A stretch of DNA of 64,000 nt from Ignisphaera sp. (GCA_038821645.1 JAWBDT010000004.1:1-64000); one strand, 5' to 3'. Counted from the stretch's first letter, positions 10,560 to 20,809 are shown. The notes: generated from the letters alone by a model not told the origin. Program-made: numbers and translations.

Positions 10560-11423
10560 ATGGCTAAAGAAACTGTGCCTATATCTGTTGTCCAGTTAAT
10601 GAATATCGAAAACATACCTCTTTCGCTATGTTGTGTATCTGGATTAGCTCTAGTAGTAAACTTTATTCAGTGTCCTGTAGACTGTAGCAAATGTTTATGG
10701 GAATCCAATATCACTATCCGTAGCGCTAAAACTATAGAGATTGGCTATGACTCAATTAATCAGATAGTTAATAGATACAATCCAGACATAGTCTTTCTTC
10801 ATGGAGGAGAGCCATGGAGATATAGATACACCTCAGAACTTCTATTATCATTAAATAAACTAGATATCCTAAAGGGTATTAAGGTGAACAGCATCTTCAT
10901 ACATCATCGACATAAACAAGACATAATTAAAGTGATAGAACTATCTGATATAGTCTTAATTGAGGTAATCAGCAACAATATCGATATTGAAAACATAATA
11001 AGCTTGGTAGAGAAAATCTATAGAGATAAACATGTAGAGCTTGTTGTAATTTACGATTTATGTCAATACAAGTATTTAGAAGCTGTAATAAAATTGCTGA
11101 AAGATCATGGAGTATTTATACCCATCAATATATCGTTGATCGATATCGATAAGGCTAGAGAAGTGTATAGATCTATAGAGTTGTTGAGGAAGAAGTATCC
11201 TCTTGTACAAACAATTAATGCTACAGTTTCAGAATATTCATCGGTCTTGTGTACAAAATGCCGCTTACCTATAATCATTAGAGAAGGAGCTCAAGTCATA
11301 AAGATAGAGCTTGATAACGAGTGTAGATGTAGATACTGTGGATATAGGGTTATAAATGTTTCAAAAAATATTTGTAGAGCAAGAAAAATGTATAGGTTGC
11401 CAATAAGAATTCCACTAATGTAG
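10560..11423 (+). CDS. Divergent radical SAM-like protein with C-terminal Cys pairs
   Basis: CPVDCSKC (CX3CX2C), HGGEP, C-terminal CTKC...CRYC. Confidence 0.6.
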   Translation: MAKETVPISVVQLMNIENIPLSLCCVSGLALVVNFIQCPVDCSKCLWESNITIRSAKTIEIGYDSINQIVNRYNPDIVFLHGGEPWRYRYTSELLLSLNKLDILKGIKVNSIFIHHRHKQDIIKVIELSDIVLIEVISNNIDIENIISLVEKIYRDKHVELVVIYDLCQYKYLEAVIKLLKDHGVFIPINISLIDIDKAREVYRSIELLRKKYPLVQTINATVSEYSSVLCTKCRLPIIIREGAQVIKIELDNECRCRYCGYRVINVSKNICRARKMYRLPIRIPLM

Positions 11424-11441
11424 CACGAGGTATACGGTATA

Positions 11442-12230
11442 ATGTATTTTGTATATGTGATGGGACCTGCAGGCTCTGGAAAAAGTTATCTAACTCAATC
11501 TCTTTATGACTGGTTACATGATCATGGACTAGATGCTATAACAGTAAATCTAGATCCAGCAGTATCCTGGCTACCATATGAACCTGATGTAGATATCCGC
11601 GACTATATAACTGTTGAAGAAGTTATGAAAAGATATAATCTAGGACCTAATGGAGGTCTTGTGGCTACAATAGATCTATCGATAGAGTTTATAGATAGGA
11701 TTGTTGACGAGATTGAGGGTCTAAAGCCTAACTACGTTATTGTTGATACTCCAGGCCAGATGGAGGTTTTTGCATTTAGATCCTCTGGCCCAACTATAAT
11801 CTCTGCACTTACTGAAGGTAGTAAAGCTGTTGTTCTGTTTCTTATAGAATCGCTGCAAGCAGTAAAACCATCGATATTTCTATCAATTCTTATACTATCT
11901 CTAGCAACATTATTCTCTCACAAATTACCTCAACTTTTGGTTATAACAAAATCAGATCTAGTTCCTAAGGAGGCTCTTGAAAAAGTTAAGCAATGGATTG
12001 AGGAGCCAGCACTAATTAGTAGCAATATTAAGAAGAGCGACTCTGTTTACCTTCAACTATATGGTGATGCTATAGATATAATCGAGAATATTGTAAGTAG
12101 ATTCATACAAGACATTGTGTATACCTCTGCTGTTACTGGCGAAGGTATGGATGAACTTTATGGAGCCATACAAAGAGTTGTTGCAGGTGGTGAAGATTTT
12201 TATACTGAGGAGTATAGTCAAGTTCTTTAG
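11442..12230 (+). CDS. GPN-loop GTPase
   Basis: GPAGSGKS, NLDPA, LGPNGG, DTPGQME. Confidence 0.93.
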   Translation: MYFVYVMGPAGSGKSYLTQSLYDWLHDHGLDAITVNLDPAVSWLPYEPDVDIRDYITVEEVMKRYNLGPNGGLVATIDLSIEFIDRIVDEIEGLKPNYVIVDTPGQMEVFAFRSSGPTIISALTEGSKAVVLFLIESLQAVKPSIFLSILILSLATLFSHKLPQLLVITKSDLVPKEALEKVKQWIEEPALISSNIKKSDSVYLQLYGDAIDIIENIVSRFIQDIVYTSAVTGEGMDELYGAIQRVVAGGEDFYTEEYSQVL

Positions 12231-12245
12231 ATAGGTGTACATCTT

Positions 12246-13163
12246 TTGAGCTCTGATTTAGATACTATAGAAAAAGAGTTACAGATAAAGGTAGCTTCTG
12301 TTCGTGAAGAGTTACAGAAACTTTTAATCGATAGAGATAATCTAAGAATAGAATTGAATAAAATCAGGGAAGAGCTAAACAACAAAAGAGATAGATTAAA
12401 GAAACTTAAAGAAGAATTATCAAATGCTAGAGCAGAACTAAGCCATATGTACAATGAGCTCAATAATGTGAACAACTACTTAAAAGAGCTTAAAGAAAAA
12501 TTTAGAACAAATGTTACTCAGCTAAAGTCACTTTCAATAGAAATCAAGAGATTTGGTTCCACTATCTATAGCATAAGTATCGATGAGATAAGAGAGGAAA
12601 TAGAGAAACTTGAATGGATTCTTATAACAACACCAAATCTGGATCTTGAAGAAGAAAAGAAGATAGTAGACAAGATATCTCAACTTGAAAAGAAGTTGAG
12701 GAATATAGCAATGTACCAAAGAAATATGGCAGATGTGTATTCACGATATGAAGAACTTAGTGATATTCTAGACAATATAAGGAAAGAGCTTAAAACTAAA
12801 TCAGAAGAAGCAAGCAGAATTAGAGAAAGGATAGCTCAGCTCAAAGAATTAAGAGACAAGCTCAAACAAGATATAGCAGTTCTTGTAAATGATATAGCTG
12901 AACTAAAGAAAAAGAGAGAAGAGTTGCGAAACAAAATAACGGATATAAAAAAGGCTATAAACAGTAAATCTGAAGAATATAGAAACCTGATTAAGGAACT
13001 AAACAGATTGAAAGAACTTAGAGAGCAAAGTAAAAGAGACATCATAATTAGTCGTAAGAGAGAGGAAATAAAGAACAAAATTGAGCGTGGAGAGAGAGTT
13101 ACACTCTATGAGCTCTATATAGCTTTTAGTGAAGGAGATGAAAGAAAGACTAAAAGTAAATAA
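12246..13163 (+). CDS. Archaeal coiled-coil protein
   Basis: E/K/L heptads throughout; IEKLEWILITTPNLDLEEEKKIV motif; C-terminal GERVTLYEL. Confidence 0.75.
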   Translation: MSSDLDTIEKELQIKVASVREELQKLLIDRDNLRIELNKIREELNNKRDRLKKLKEELSNARAELSHMYNELNNVNNYLKELKEKFRTNVTQLKSLSIEIKRFGSTIYSISIDEIREEIEKLEWILITTPNLDLEEEKKIVDKISQLEKKLRNIAMYQRNMADVYSRYEELSDILDNIRKELKTKSEEASRIRERIAQLKELRDKLKQDIAVLVNDIAELKKKREELRNKITDIKKAINSKSEEYRNLIKELNRLKELREQSKRDIIISRKREEIKNKIERGERVTLYELYIAFSEGDERKTKSK

Positions 13164-13213
13164 ATGTATAGAACAGTTAATGAATTTGTAAGAAGTTATA
13201 TCTTCGATACAAG

Positions 13214-14098
13214 CTATACATATATCGTTATAACGATTTTATCCATTATATCTCTATACCTATTTCTTATAGTCACCTCTGTTACATTAGCAGCTTTAGC
13301 TACCTCTTTTTGGGTCTTCTTTTCATCCAAGACTATAGATGATATATATACCGTTGCTGCAGCTATTCCTGCTGGATCCTTTCCCTCAGTAAGTCCATGA
13401 CTCTTTAACATTTCTATAATTTTAGAAGCCAGCATGTGCACCTTTTGGCTAAGTTTTAGGTTTGAAATTATAGACGGTACAAATATTCGGGGATCGGAAT
13501 ACGATTTGAAGCCATTCACTTCTGTTTTCATGTATACTTCTGATAGAAGCTTCCAGTACTTATCTTCATCAATATTGAATTCCTGTAAGAGTTGTTTAGC
13601 TCTTAGAGGTAGTTGATGTTTTCTTGAAGCTATTACTAATGACACAACTGCTAGTGTTTTTATATCATCTCTCTTTGGTTGAATTGAGTAGAATATCTTC
13701 TTGAGTATAATTGCAGCAGTCTCTTTAACTTGTTCAGGTATCTCTAGAAGTGCACATATGTGATTCAAATTTGTTAAAGCTTCAACTATTTTTCTCTCAT
13801 GTCTATTAACACGAATCTTTTTGTTAAGGTATCTAAGCTTTAACATTTGTGCAGTCTTTCTATAGCTATATATTGTGCTGTTTATTTCTTTGGTATCAAT
13901 ATCTGTTGTTAAACCTACATCATGAACTGCTTGAGATATAAAACCTGCATGGGCTCTTCTTCTCCATTCGTCATGTGTAAAAGCACGCCATTCAGGCGAC
14001 TGATCTATACTATCTTCATCTATAATTTCTCCAGTATCTTCACATATTAATGTACCTCTCTCATAATCTCTAATAATGTTATTGCATAACTGACTCAT
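13214..14098 (-). CDS. tfb: Transcription initiation factor IIB (TFB)
   Basis: ICEDTGEII, PEWRAF, GKDPAGIAAA, VTEVTIRNRY; follows gar1. Confidence 0.92.
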   Translation of the reverse strand: MSQLCNNIIRDYERGTLICEDTGEIIDEDSIDQSPEWRAFTHDEWRRRAHAGFISQAVHDVGLTTDIDTKEINSTIYSYRKTAQMLKLRYLNKKIRVNRHERKIVEALTNLNHICALLEIPEQVKETAAIILKKIFYSIQPKRDDIKTLAVVSLVIASRKHQLPLRAKQLLQEFNIDEDKYWKLLSEVYMKTEVNGFKSYSDPRIFVPSIISNLKLSQKVHMLASKIIEMLKSHGLTEGKDPAGIAAATVYISSIVLDEKKTQKEVAKAANVTEVTIRNRYRDIMDKIVITIYV

Positions 14099-14385
14099 TT
14101 TCTCTTACCTCTAGATGTGCGATATTTTTGCTGTATTCTAGGTCTATAGAATAGAACTGTGGAGGTTTTGATAGATGAGAGCATTGCGTAACTTCGTGGT
14201 TTAATCACAGCATAAGCTCTATCTATAGGCCCTATTATGTCCATAATCTTACCTATATAATTACCATTAGCATCTGTAACAATGCTCCCTATCTCTGGAA
14301 TATTTCTACTAGAGTCGAGTTTGACTAAAATTAGTTTAGATTTAGTTACTATTTCAACTGGACCTAATGAACTAAAGGTTCTCAA
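14095..14385 (-). CDS. gar1: H/ACA RNP protein Gar1
   Basis: IGKIMDIIGPIDRAYAVIKP. Confidence 0.82.
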   Translation of the reverse strand: MRTFSSLGPVEIVTKSKLILVKLDSSRNIPEIGSIVTDANGNYIGKIMDIIGPIDRAYAVIKPRSYAMLSSIKTSTVLFYRPRIQQKYRTSRGKRK

Positions 14386-14561
14386 AGTAACACCTTATAA
14401 GAAGTTTAGGGTTGTTACAGATTTAAGGTGTCAATACAGATCATGTACTGTATTGCTTGTGAAAATTTTTGGAATTATTGAATAGTGTTTTAAAAGTTGC
14501 TTAGTATTGATTGATATTGCTATATCTATGTAGATACTACCTATAGAGCCACAGTAAAATA

Positions 14562-14852
14562 TTACCTATAACCACTTCTAAGTATCTTAAGTTCTCTTGC
14601 TATACTTTTCACAATATCACTCTTCTTACCACTTGTCTTAACAACTACAAATCCTGTGTTCTTGAACCATACTCGTGGATACTTCTTCTCAACATAATTA
14701 CACTCTAGCCCTAACTTCTTGCAAACTTCTAGAACTTCATCAGGCTTAGGGTTATCTATACATATATTTAAAGAGACTCTACGTCCATACTTTCTCTTGA
14801 GTGAACAATCAAGATATGGAAGCCATATGATACGGTTCTTAATTACCTCCAT
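14562..14852 (-). CDS. srp19: Signal recognition particle protein SRP19
   Basis: IIWLPYLD, RKYGRRV, KKYPRVW. Confidence 0.9.
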   Translation of the reverse strand: MEVIKNRIIWLPYLDCSLKRKYGRRVSLNICIDNPKPDEVLEVCKKLGLECNYVEKKYPRVWFKNTGFVVVKTSGKKSDIVKSIARELKILRSGYR

Positions 14853-14886
14853 AAATAGATCATCTACAGGAACAACAAATACATGG

Positions 14887-15270
14887 CTACTTCAAAAGTA
14901 TTGCGTTAATTACACCATCTTGACCAGGTCTTGATACAACTTGTGCTTTACCAAGTTCTGTTTGGATTATAGCGCCCTTAACTATTATACCTCTTCTAGC
15001 AAAATCTCTATTGGATGGTGTTTCAATAACACTAAGTATTCTGGTTTTCTTATAAGTTTTTGATGTAGGATCAAACACATTAGCATAAGCCGCATACTTT
15101 AATCTTATCTTTATATTTCCACCTCTACACCTATCTATGATCCTTACATCTTTAGACGATAGGAGTGTTTCTGTTGGATAGCTACCAAGTTCGTATTTAC
15201 GTATATCTCTATGGGGTCTTCGTCTACCTCCGCTTATCTTTTTAAAGTCTTTACCTTGATATACACCCAT
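14887..15270 (-). CDS. rps8e: 30S ribosomal protein S8e
   Basis: MGVYQGKD, RKYELG, RGGNIK, SRPGQDGVINA; ATG at 15270. Confidence 0.96.
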   Translation of the reverse strand: MGVYQGKDFKKISGGRRRPHRDIRKYELGSYPTETLLSSKDVRIIDRCRGGNIKIRLKYAAYANVFDPTSKTYKKTRILSVIETPSNRDFARRGIIVKGAIIQTELGKAQVVSRPGQDGVINAILLK

Positions 15271-15392
15271 TATATTCACCTAAGTAAATCTAGAGATGTA
15301 TTCGAGTATACAATATTCTAGTAGCAAGTATTATACAAGAATAGGTTTATAAATGTAGATAGTAGTTGGAAATAGTGGATCTCTTATTCGTC

Positions 15393-15448
15393 AGCATGAT
15401 GAACAAGATCTCTGAACATTTGTGATGAAGCTTATGAGTGCTGAAGCT
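15393..15448 (+). ncRNA. C/D-box guide sRNA
   Basis: C ATGATGA 15396-15402, D' CTGA 15412-15415, C' GTGATGA 15422-15428, D CTGA 15441-15444, short terminal AGC/GCT stem. Confidence 0.85.
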
Positions 15449-15579
15449 ATACATTCTCTATAGTTAGCAATTAGTAATTGATTCACTATATCTTCGGTTA
15501 ACACCCTCACTGTAGGGTTAGAACATTACTTAGTAGAATATAAGTTCTATAACTCTTTTTGATTAACGGTGATAGAATA

Positions 15580-16254
15580 ATGTTGTGTCCTTTTTGTAGC
15601 TCTACGGAACTGATATACGATTTCGATCACGGATATATTGTGTGTACAACATGTGGCAGTATAGTGGATACCATATTTATTGAGTTCTACGAGGATTATT
15701 CAAACGAAGTAAAACATGAAGAAATGGGTTTACTAAATGTTAGAAAAGGACTTGAGAAAAAGAAGAAGAAGATGAGAGAGAGAAGAATAACGAAAATGTA
15801 TATGGATGTTAAAATATACGAAAAATATGCAAAAAGGGCTAGAAAGAATGTATACGTAGATTTTGAAGCTGCAATAAAGCATGAACAAGGGAAACAATAT
15901 TCAGGAAGGATATATCGCCATAAAGCAGACGAAAAAATTATAGAGATCCTTGATTCAGATCCACTTATTAAACATATTCTAGAGAATATTATCAATAAAG
16001 ATCCTATACTTTCATCAAGAACACCAAGAGGTAAAATCGCTCTTGCATTAATCTTAAAACATATTATCGAAGGACATAACATTGATTTAGAGGATATATG
16101 TAGAAAGACATCGTTAAGTTCTATACATGCGAAAAGGTTGATCAATTTATTGAAGAAGAGAATCAACATTCCATTAATGCTTACTTCACCTATTAATATA
16201 TCTAAAAGAGAAATGACAAATGTGCAAGAAGGATTAGTTTATGGTGGAGTTTAG
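15580..16254 (+). CDS. TFIIB-type zinc-ribbon protein, TFB3-like truncated TFB
   Basis: CPFCSS...VCTTCG ribbon, basic helical middle, no full cyclin repeats; GGTGAT SD before ATG 15580. Confidence 0.7.
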   Translation: MLCPFCSSTELIYDFDHGYIVCTTCGSIVDTIFIEFYEDYSNEVKHEEMGLLNVRKGLEKKKKKMRERRITKMYMDVKIYEKYAKRARKNVYVDFEAAIKHEQGKQYSGRIYRHKADEKIIEILDSDPLIKHILENIINKDPILSSRTPRGKIALALILKHIIEGHNIDLEDICRKTSLSSIHAKRLINLLKKRINIPLMLTSPINISKREMTNVQEGLVYGGV

Positions 16255-16371
16255 CAAGGGTAACCTAATGTATTTAAATCTCTTTTTAGAGACTATTACA
16301 TGGACTTACAATACCATTGAGCTCTAGATATTCGTGTAAACTTTTAAATAGTGTGTTAACTATCTAGTACT

Positions 16372-16881
16372 ATGCTCATAGGTGTTATGAGCGATAGTCA
16401 TGATAACATTGTGGCAATAGAGAAGGCTCTCAATATCTTCAGGAAAGAAGATATCGATGTGTTAATACATCTTGGAGACATAATCTCTCCATTTGCATTT
16501 GCCAAAATTTTGGAGTTTCCTGCAAAAATATTGGTTGTCTTAGGAAATAATGATGGCGACATTGTTCAGTTGAAGGAGATGGCAATAAAAGGTGGAGCTA
16601 TACTTAAGCAATTCATGTTTGCTACATCTATAGAAAATAAACAGATACTTCTTGTTCATGGATATGGGTCAAAAGATTACACAAAGAATATAGTTTATTC
16701 ATTAGCTTCAACTGGTCATTACAATATAATCCTATATGGTCATACTCACGAAGTCGATGTACTATCCAGAGACTCTATTCTAGTCCTAAACCCTGGAGAA
16801 GTATGTGGCTATATAACGGGACGACAATCGGTAGCGATAATAGATATAGATACTATGAAATTTAATATAATTGATCTATAG
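16372..16881 (+). CDS. Metallophosphoesterase (YfcE/MJ0936 family)
   Basis: SDSHDN, HLGD, GNND, YGHTH, NPGEVCG. Confidence 0.9.
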   Translation: MLIGVMSDSHDNIVAIEKALNIFRKEDIDVLIHLGDIISPFAFAKILEFPAKILVVLGNNDGDIVQLKEMAIKGGAILKQFMFATSIENKQILLVHGYGSKDYTKNIVYSLASTGHYNIILYGHTHEVDVLSRDSILVLNPGEVCGYITGRQSVAIIDIDTMKFNIIDL

Positions 16882-16957
16882 ATTTCCAAATCTAGATTTA
16901 CAATAAAATATTTTAAGCTGTGAGGAAATAAACTAGCAATGAAGTCTATTAGCTGGT

Positions 16958-17057
16958 GGCCGCGGTAGCTCAGCCTGGTGGAGCGCGGGACTGTGGAGCT
17001 CTATGAAATGAATGCACAGAGATCCCGAGGTCCCGGGTTCAAATCCCGGCCGCGGCC
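16958..17057 (+). tRNA. tRNA-His(GUG) with 25-nt intron (16997-17021) and encoded G-1
   Basis: CGGGA-CTGTGG|intron|A-TCCCG; bulge-helix-bulge with CTGT/ACAG helix; G16958 opposite C73. Confidence 0.93.
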
Positions 17058-17097
17058 CTATACATTTCAACACAACATACTAGATAAGGTGAAATAC

Positions 17098-17301
17098 ATG
17101 AGTGATAAAAGAACTAAATATAAGGCGTCTATAGAAAAATTAGGATTTAAACAGTTAGACATCTATAGATTAAAAGATCGCGATATTGTACGTCTCATGA
17201 GGAAAAGTGATGGTAAAGTATATCTGGTGGAGTTACCTAGACATATAGAGGATATGAGTTTGGAGGAATTCATAGAGCAAGTTACAAGCAAGATACGTTA
17301 A
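17098..17301 (+). CDS. Small hypothetical protein (67 aa, MSDKRTKYK...)
   Basis: GGTGA SD before ATG 17098; the longer track ORF from 16978 overlaps tRNA-His. Confidence 0.7.
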   Translation: MSDKRTKYKASIEKLGFKQLDIYRLKDRDIVRLMRKSDGKVYLVELPRHIEDMSLEEFIEQVTSKIR

Positions 17302-17304
17302 ACC

Positions 17305-17382
17305 TATTGTGCCCCGCATAACCGATCTCTCTTCATCTTCATATTCCTTAAGGAATCTCAGAGAGATGTGAGGTAGCGGGGC
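17305..17382 (-). ncRNA. H/ACA-box pseudouridylation guide sRNA
   Basis: GCCCCGC/GCGGGGC basal stem, pocket TACCTCAC/CGGTTAT, upper stem ATCTCT/AGAGAT with CTGA and GATGA K-turn-like elements, ACA immediately after the stem; TTTATAA about 25 nt upstream. Confidence 0.8.
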
Positions 17383-17507
17383 TAAAGATTATTTCTACCT
17401 CTCAGCTTATAAACATTGCAGATACTATTTCTGAAAATCTAAATCTCTATAGTAGCTCTCATAAAGAGCTAGTTGATTAAAACAAAATTGGTGGGGCCGT
17501 TTCTACC

Positions 17508-17601
17508 TGGTAGCGGGGGGTGGATTTGAACCACCGACCTCGGGGTTTCTCAGAGTTAAATCATATGAGCCCCGCGGGCTACCAGGCTGCCCTACCCCGC
17601 T
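17508..17601 (-). tRNA. Initiator tRNA-Met(CAU) with 17-nt intron (17547-17563), CCA encoded
   Basis: A1:U72 pair, G-C rich anticodon stem, CTCATA|TGATTTAACTCTGAGAA|A with CTCA/TGAG BHB helix. Confidence 0.94.
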
Positions 17602-17708
17602 GTTTAACGGCCCCAATTACTAGTTAAAGAGATGTGAGACTTATAGGCTTTACGTTTTATAGCTTATTGGGTTAAGTTTATATTTCCCTAGCTTTTCACT
17701 AAATATAA

Positions 17709-17960
<252 letters not shown>

Positions 17961-17970
17961 GGTGTAGCTT

Positions 17971-18156
17971 ATGAAAGGAACACCATCAATGGGTAAAAGG
18001 AGTAAGAATGTAACACACATTAAGTGTAGGAGATGTGGTAGAAATGCATACAATGTAGCTAAAGGCTATTGTGCAGCATGTGGATTCGGTAGATCAAGCC
18101 GTATGAGGAGATACAGTTGGCAAAATAAGAAGTACAATAGAGTACGTATAAGATAG
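17971..18156 (+). CDS. rpl37e: 50S ribosomal protein L37e
   Basis: [24 protein letters not shown]. Confidence 0.96.
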   Translation: MKGTPSMGKRSKNVTHIKCRRCGRNAYNVAKGYCAACGFGRSSRMRRYSWQNKKYNRVRIR

Positions 18157-18227
18157 CAAAAGTAAGTAATAGAAATGATAATGATATTGAACCTCTAGTT
18201 GCTAAAGATAAACAATATTGATGCAAA

Positions 18228-19283
18228 CTATATTTGTATTCCTGGGATCTCCAGTAGATAGTTGTTTCTATAGGTCTTTACAGATACATTAATGTTCAAT
18301 ATGATCTTTATAACATCGATAGCCGTTAATATATGTGATGTCAACTTAGAGACTGTATATCGTGTAGTGCCTCTAGCTAATACAGCTAGAGGTAAAATCA
18401 TATCTCCTGCATATCTATCAACAGCTGCACCACTTTTGATTTCCTCATATAGTTTCTCAGCAGCTTCTCTTCCTACGACTTCGGCAGGTTTTCCTTTAGC
18501 ACCAAGAGAATCTCCACCCATAATACTCTTTTCAAATAAAGCATAGAGAACAATACCGCTTCCAGGACCTAAATGATGATCTTTATTAGGTTCATAATAC
18601 TCTAATTCTATTCTTATTGGGACATCTATACCCTTATTAATGAGAAATTCTTCAGCAGCTTTTGCCTGTCTTTCAGCTACATGACTAGGTAGTCTTACAC
18701 AATGAGATTTACCGCCTATATTAATAATTCTTCCTCTTTCAATTAGGTCTATAGGTTTTAAAGAACCTATAGGTCTAGAGGTTATCTTAACTATGCCACC
18801 TCCTTTAGGATAGTGGCCTCTTCTAACTAAATTTATATCTATTTCGCATCCAAATAATTTAAGCAAAGGTAGTAAAACATACTTTACATAGTCTATCGGT
18901 GGACTCATAGGTACATCTGTTCCTCCTCTAATCTCTATATGGGTTTCTGAGTCAAGTAATGGAAGAATAGGTAAGATTGTTTGAAGAACAAGTGTAACAC
19001 TACCTGCTGTACCTACATCAAATACGTAGCTTCCTCCTTTAAGTGATCTAGGTTTAAATATGAGCTCCATAGAGTTTATATATGCTCCCTCTACTTCAGC
19101 GTTAGTCATCATAGATATGGCCTTTACGCTAGTTAGATGTTGTGGTTGAAGACCGGGATTTTTCCTCTTGGCTCTAATGTTTATAATCCTCACAGGTTTT
19201 CCTATTACTGATGCAAGAGCTAGTGTGTATCTAAGTATCTGTCCTCCACCTTCACCTATACTACCGTCAATGGTTATCATCAA
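18228..19283 (-). CDS. rtcA: RNA 3'-terminal phosphate cyclase
   Basis: [35 protein letters not shown]. Confidence 0.94.
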   Translation of the reverse strand: MMITIDGSIGEGGGQILRYTLALASVIGKPVRIINIRAKRKNPGLQPQHLTSVKAISMMTNAEVEGAYINSMELIFKPRSLKGGSYVFDVGTAGSVTLVLQTILPILPLLDSETHIEIRGGTDVPMSPPIDYVKYVLLPLLKLFGCEIDINLVRRGHYPKGGGIVKITSRPIGSLKPIDLIERGRIINIGGKSHCVRLPSHVAERQAKAAEEFLINKGIDVPIRIELEYYEPNKDHHLGPGSGIVLYALFEKSIMGGDSLGAKGKPAEVVGREAAEKLYEEIKSGAAVDRYAGDMILPLAVLARGTTRYTVSKLTSHILTAIDVIKIILNINVSVKTYRNNYLLEIPGIQI

Positions 19284-19801
19284 TCTCTACCTGAGATTTC
19301 TTTTAATCTTTCAACACCGTTTATAGATTCTATTACATATACTATCGAAGGTGGTACAAGTTTTTTCCATTCATCATTATTCTGAAGCATTAACCTCCTT
19401 ATCCTTGTAGAACTATACAATTCCCTATTGTATGGAGGAGGTATCAATACCTCATATCCAGCCTCTTTAAAAAGTCTTACAACAAGAGGGTTTCTAGCTA
19501 TAGCATATTTGAATGGAGGTACAAACATAGCCACATATTCAACCCATACAGAGTTCATATATATATCTGCTATAGGTATAATGAATATTCTATCCATATC
19601 TATACCCACATATCTTAATCCTTCACGTATCATAAGAATCCTTTCTCCTGCAGTAAATGGATTAGCTAACGTATGGCTTTCTTGAGCAGAACCTACAACT
19701 ATTATCAATTCATCAACTTTGTTTAAAGCCCATTTAACAACTTCTATATGTCCCCAATGAGGAGGCTGAAATCTACCGGGGTAGAGACCTCTAACAACCA
19801 T
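19280..19801 (-). CDS. nadM: Nicotinamide-nucleotide adenylyltransferase
   Basis: [31 protein letters not shown]. Confidence 0.93.
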   Translation of the reverse strand: MVVRGLYPGRFQPPHWGHIEVVKWALNKVDELIIVVGSAQESHTLANPFTAGERILMIREGLRYVGIDMDRIFIIPIADIYMNSVWVEYVAMFVPPFKYAIARNPLVVRLFKEAGYEVLIPPPYNRELYSSTRIRRLMLQNNDEWKKLVPPSIVYVIESINGVERLKEISGRD

Positions 19802-19816
19802 TCATATATCACCTCA

Positions 19817-20392
19817 TCATGATTTTGATGTAAATATCTGTAGCTTTTTCTCAAGTAAGAGCTCTAGATATGATTTAGAAATGAATACTTTGGGGAGATC
19901 AAGAATATTTACTAAGTCAGTAAGCTCTTCTTCGATACCAGAAATCTTCTCATTTTCAGAAACAAACTCTATTTCCACAAATTTTCCAAGAGATTCTACA
20001 TCATCTAGATATATCCTGTAGTTATTATGCCTAAATATCTTTCTCTTCTTTAGAACTACTGCAGCTATATTGAATCCTAAAGACTTAAATATATCCAACA
20101 TCTTTTCACCACTATCTATAGTAACTGTTATTTCCTTCCTAATTTTGGCAAATTCATGTCTTTCTTTAGGTCCTTTAAAAGTTAGCTCAGAAGCTACACC
20201 TCCATTAATAAGATCTTTAGTCAAACGTATACGCAAAGCACTATCAATTAACATAAGATCTATACAAGGTCTCATATCGAGGTAATAATCTTGTTCCTCA
20301 TAGAATCCAATAAAGATAGCGCCCAATCTCCTTAGATTCTTTTCAACGTGCTCTAAATCATTAACAGGGATCTTGATCTCGAATTCTTTCAA
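19817..20392 (-). CDS. CYTH-domain protein (class IV adenylate cyclase-like)
   Basis: EFEIK, ALRIR, LTFKGP, LGKFVEIE, SYLEL. Confidence 0.88.
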   Translation of the reverse strand: MKEFEIKIPVNDLEHVEKNLRRLGAIFIGFYEEQDYYLDMRPCIDLMLIDSALRIRLTKDLINGGVASELTFKGPKERHEFAKIRKEITVTIDSGEKMLDIFKSLGFNIAAVVLKKRKIFRHNNYRIYLDDVESLGKFVEIEFVSENEKISGIEEELTDLVNILDLPKVFISKSYLELLLEKKLQIFTSKS

Positions 20393-20809
20393 GATCTCAC
20401 CATGTAGACATCACTATATGTTTGCTATAAATCTCATAACATTTGCTCTAGCTACATCACAATGCCTTCTGAAGTAAAAAGTCTATAGGTTTAAGCAATA
20501 TACTTCAGATTGCTATATACACCAAGATTTATCTTCATACATCTTTATCTTGAATGGGATAATGTTAGCGAAGAGTTTGAGGTCTTAACTATTGGTAAGT
20601 AGCATTTAAATACAATACGAATATCAAGTAAGTATGTAATATCAGGTATAATATGGAGACATGTTAATACCTCTGAATGATGTTTCTAGTAATAGTCATT
20701 AGAATTAACGTAATAGATAGTCATAACATAGTGAAAAATACTTGCATAATGTTAAAGCATAGCTTTTTATTTTCTCCTAGTTCAAGTGTCTGTATCAGGA
20801 GATCAAGAT

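Noticed and set aside
12246-13163. SMC/Rad50 partner for HerA-NurA
   Set aside because: Pure coiled coil with no Walker motifs or zinc hook; fits the common archaeal coiled-coil family
16978-17097. N-terminal part of the 107-aa track ORF
   Set aside because: Overlaps tRNA-His; the SD-preceded ATG at 17098 is the better start
20400-20780. Possible C/D sRNA or small ORF in the CYTH-FKBP gap
   Set aside because: Scattered TGATG/CTGA words lack correct box order and spacing; no convincing ORF
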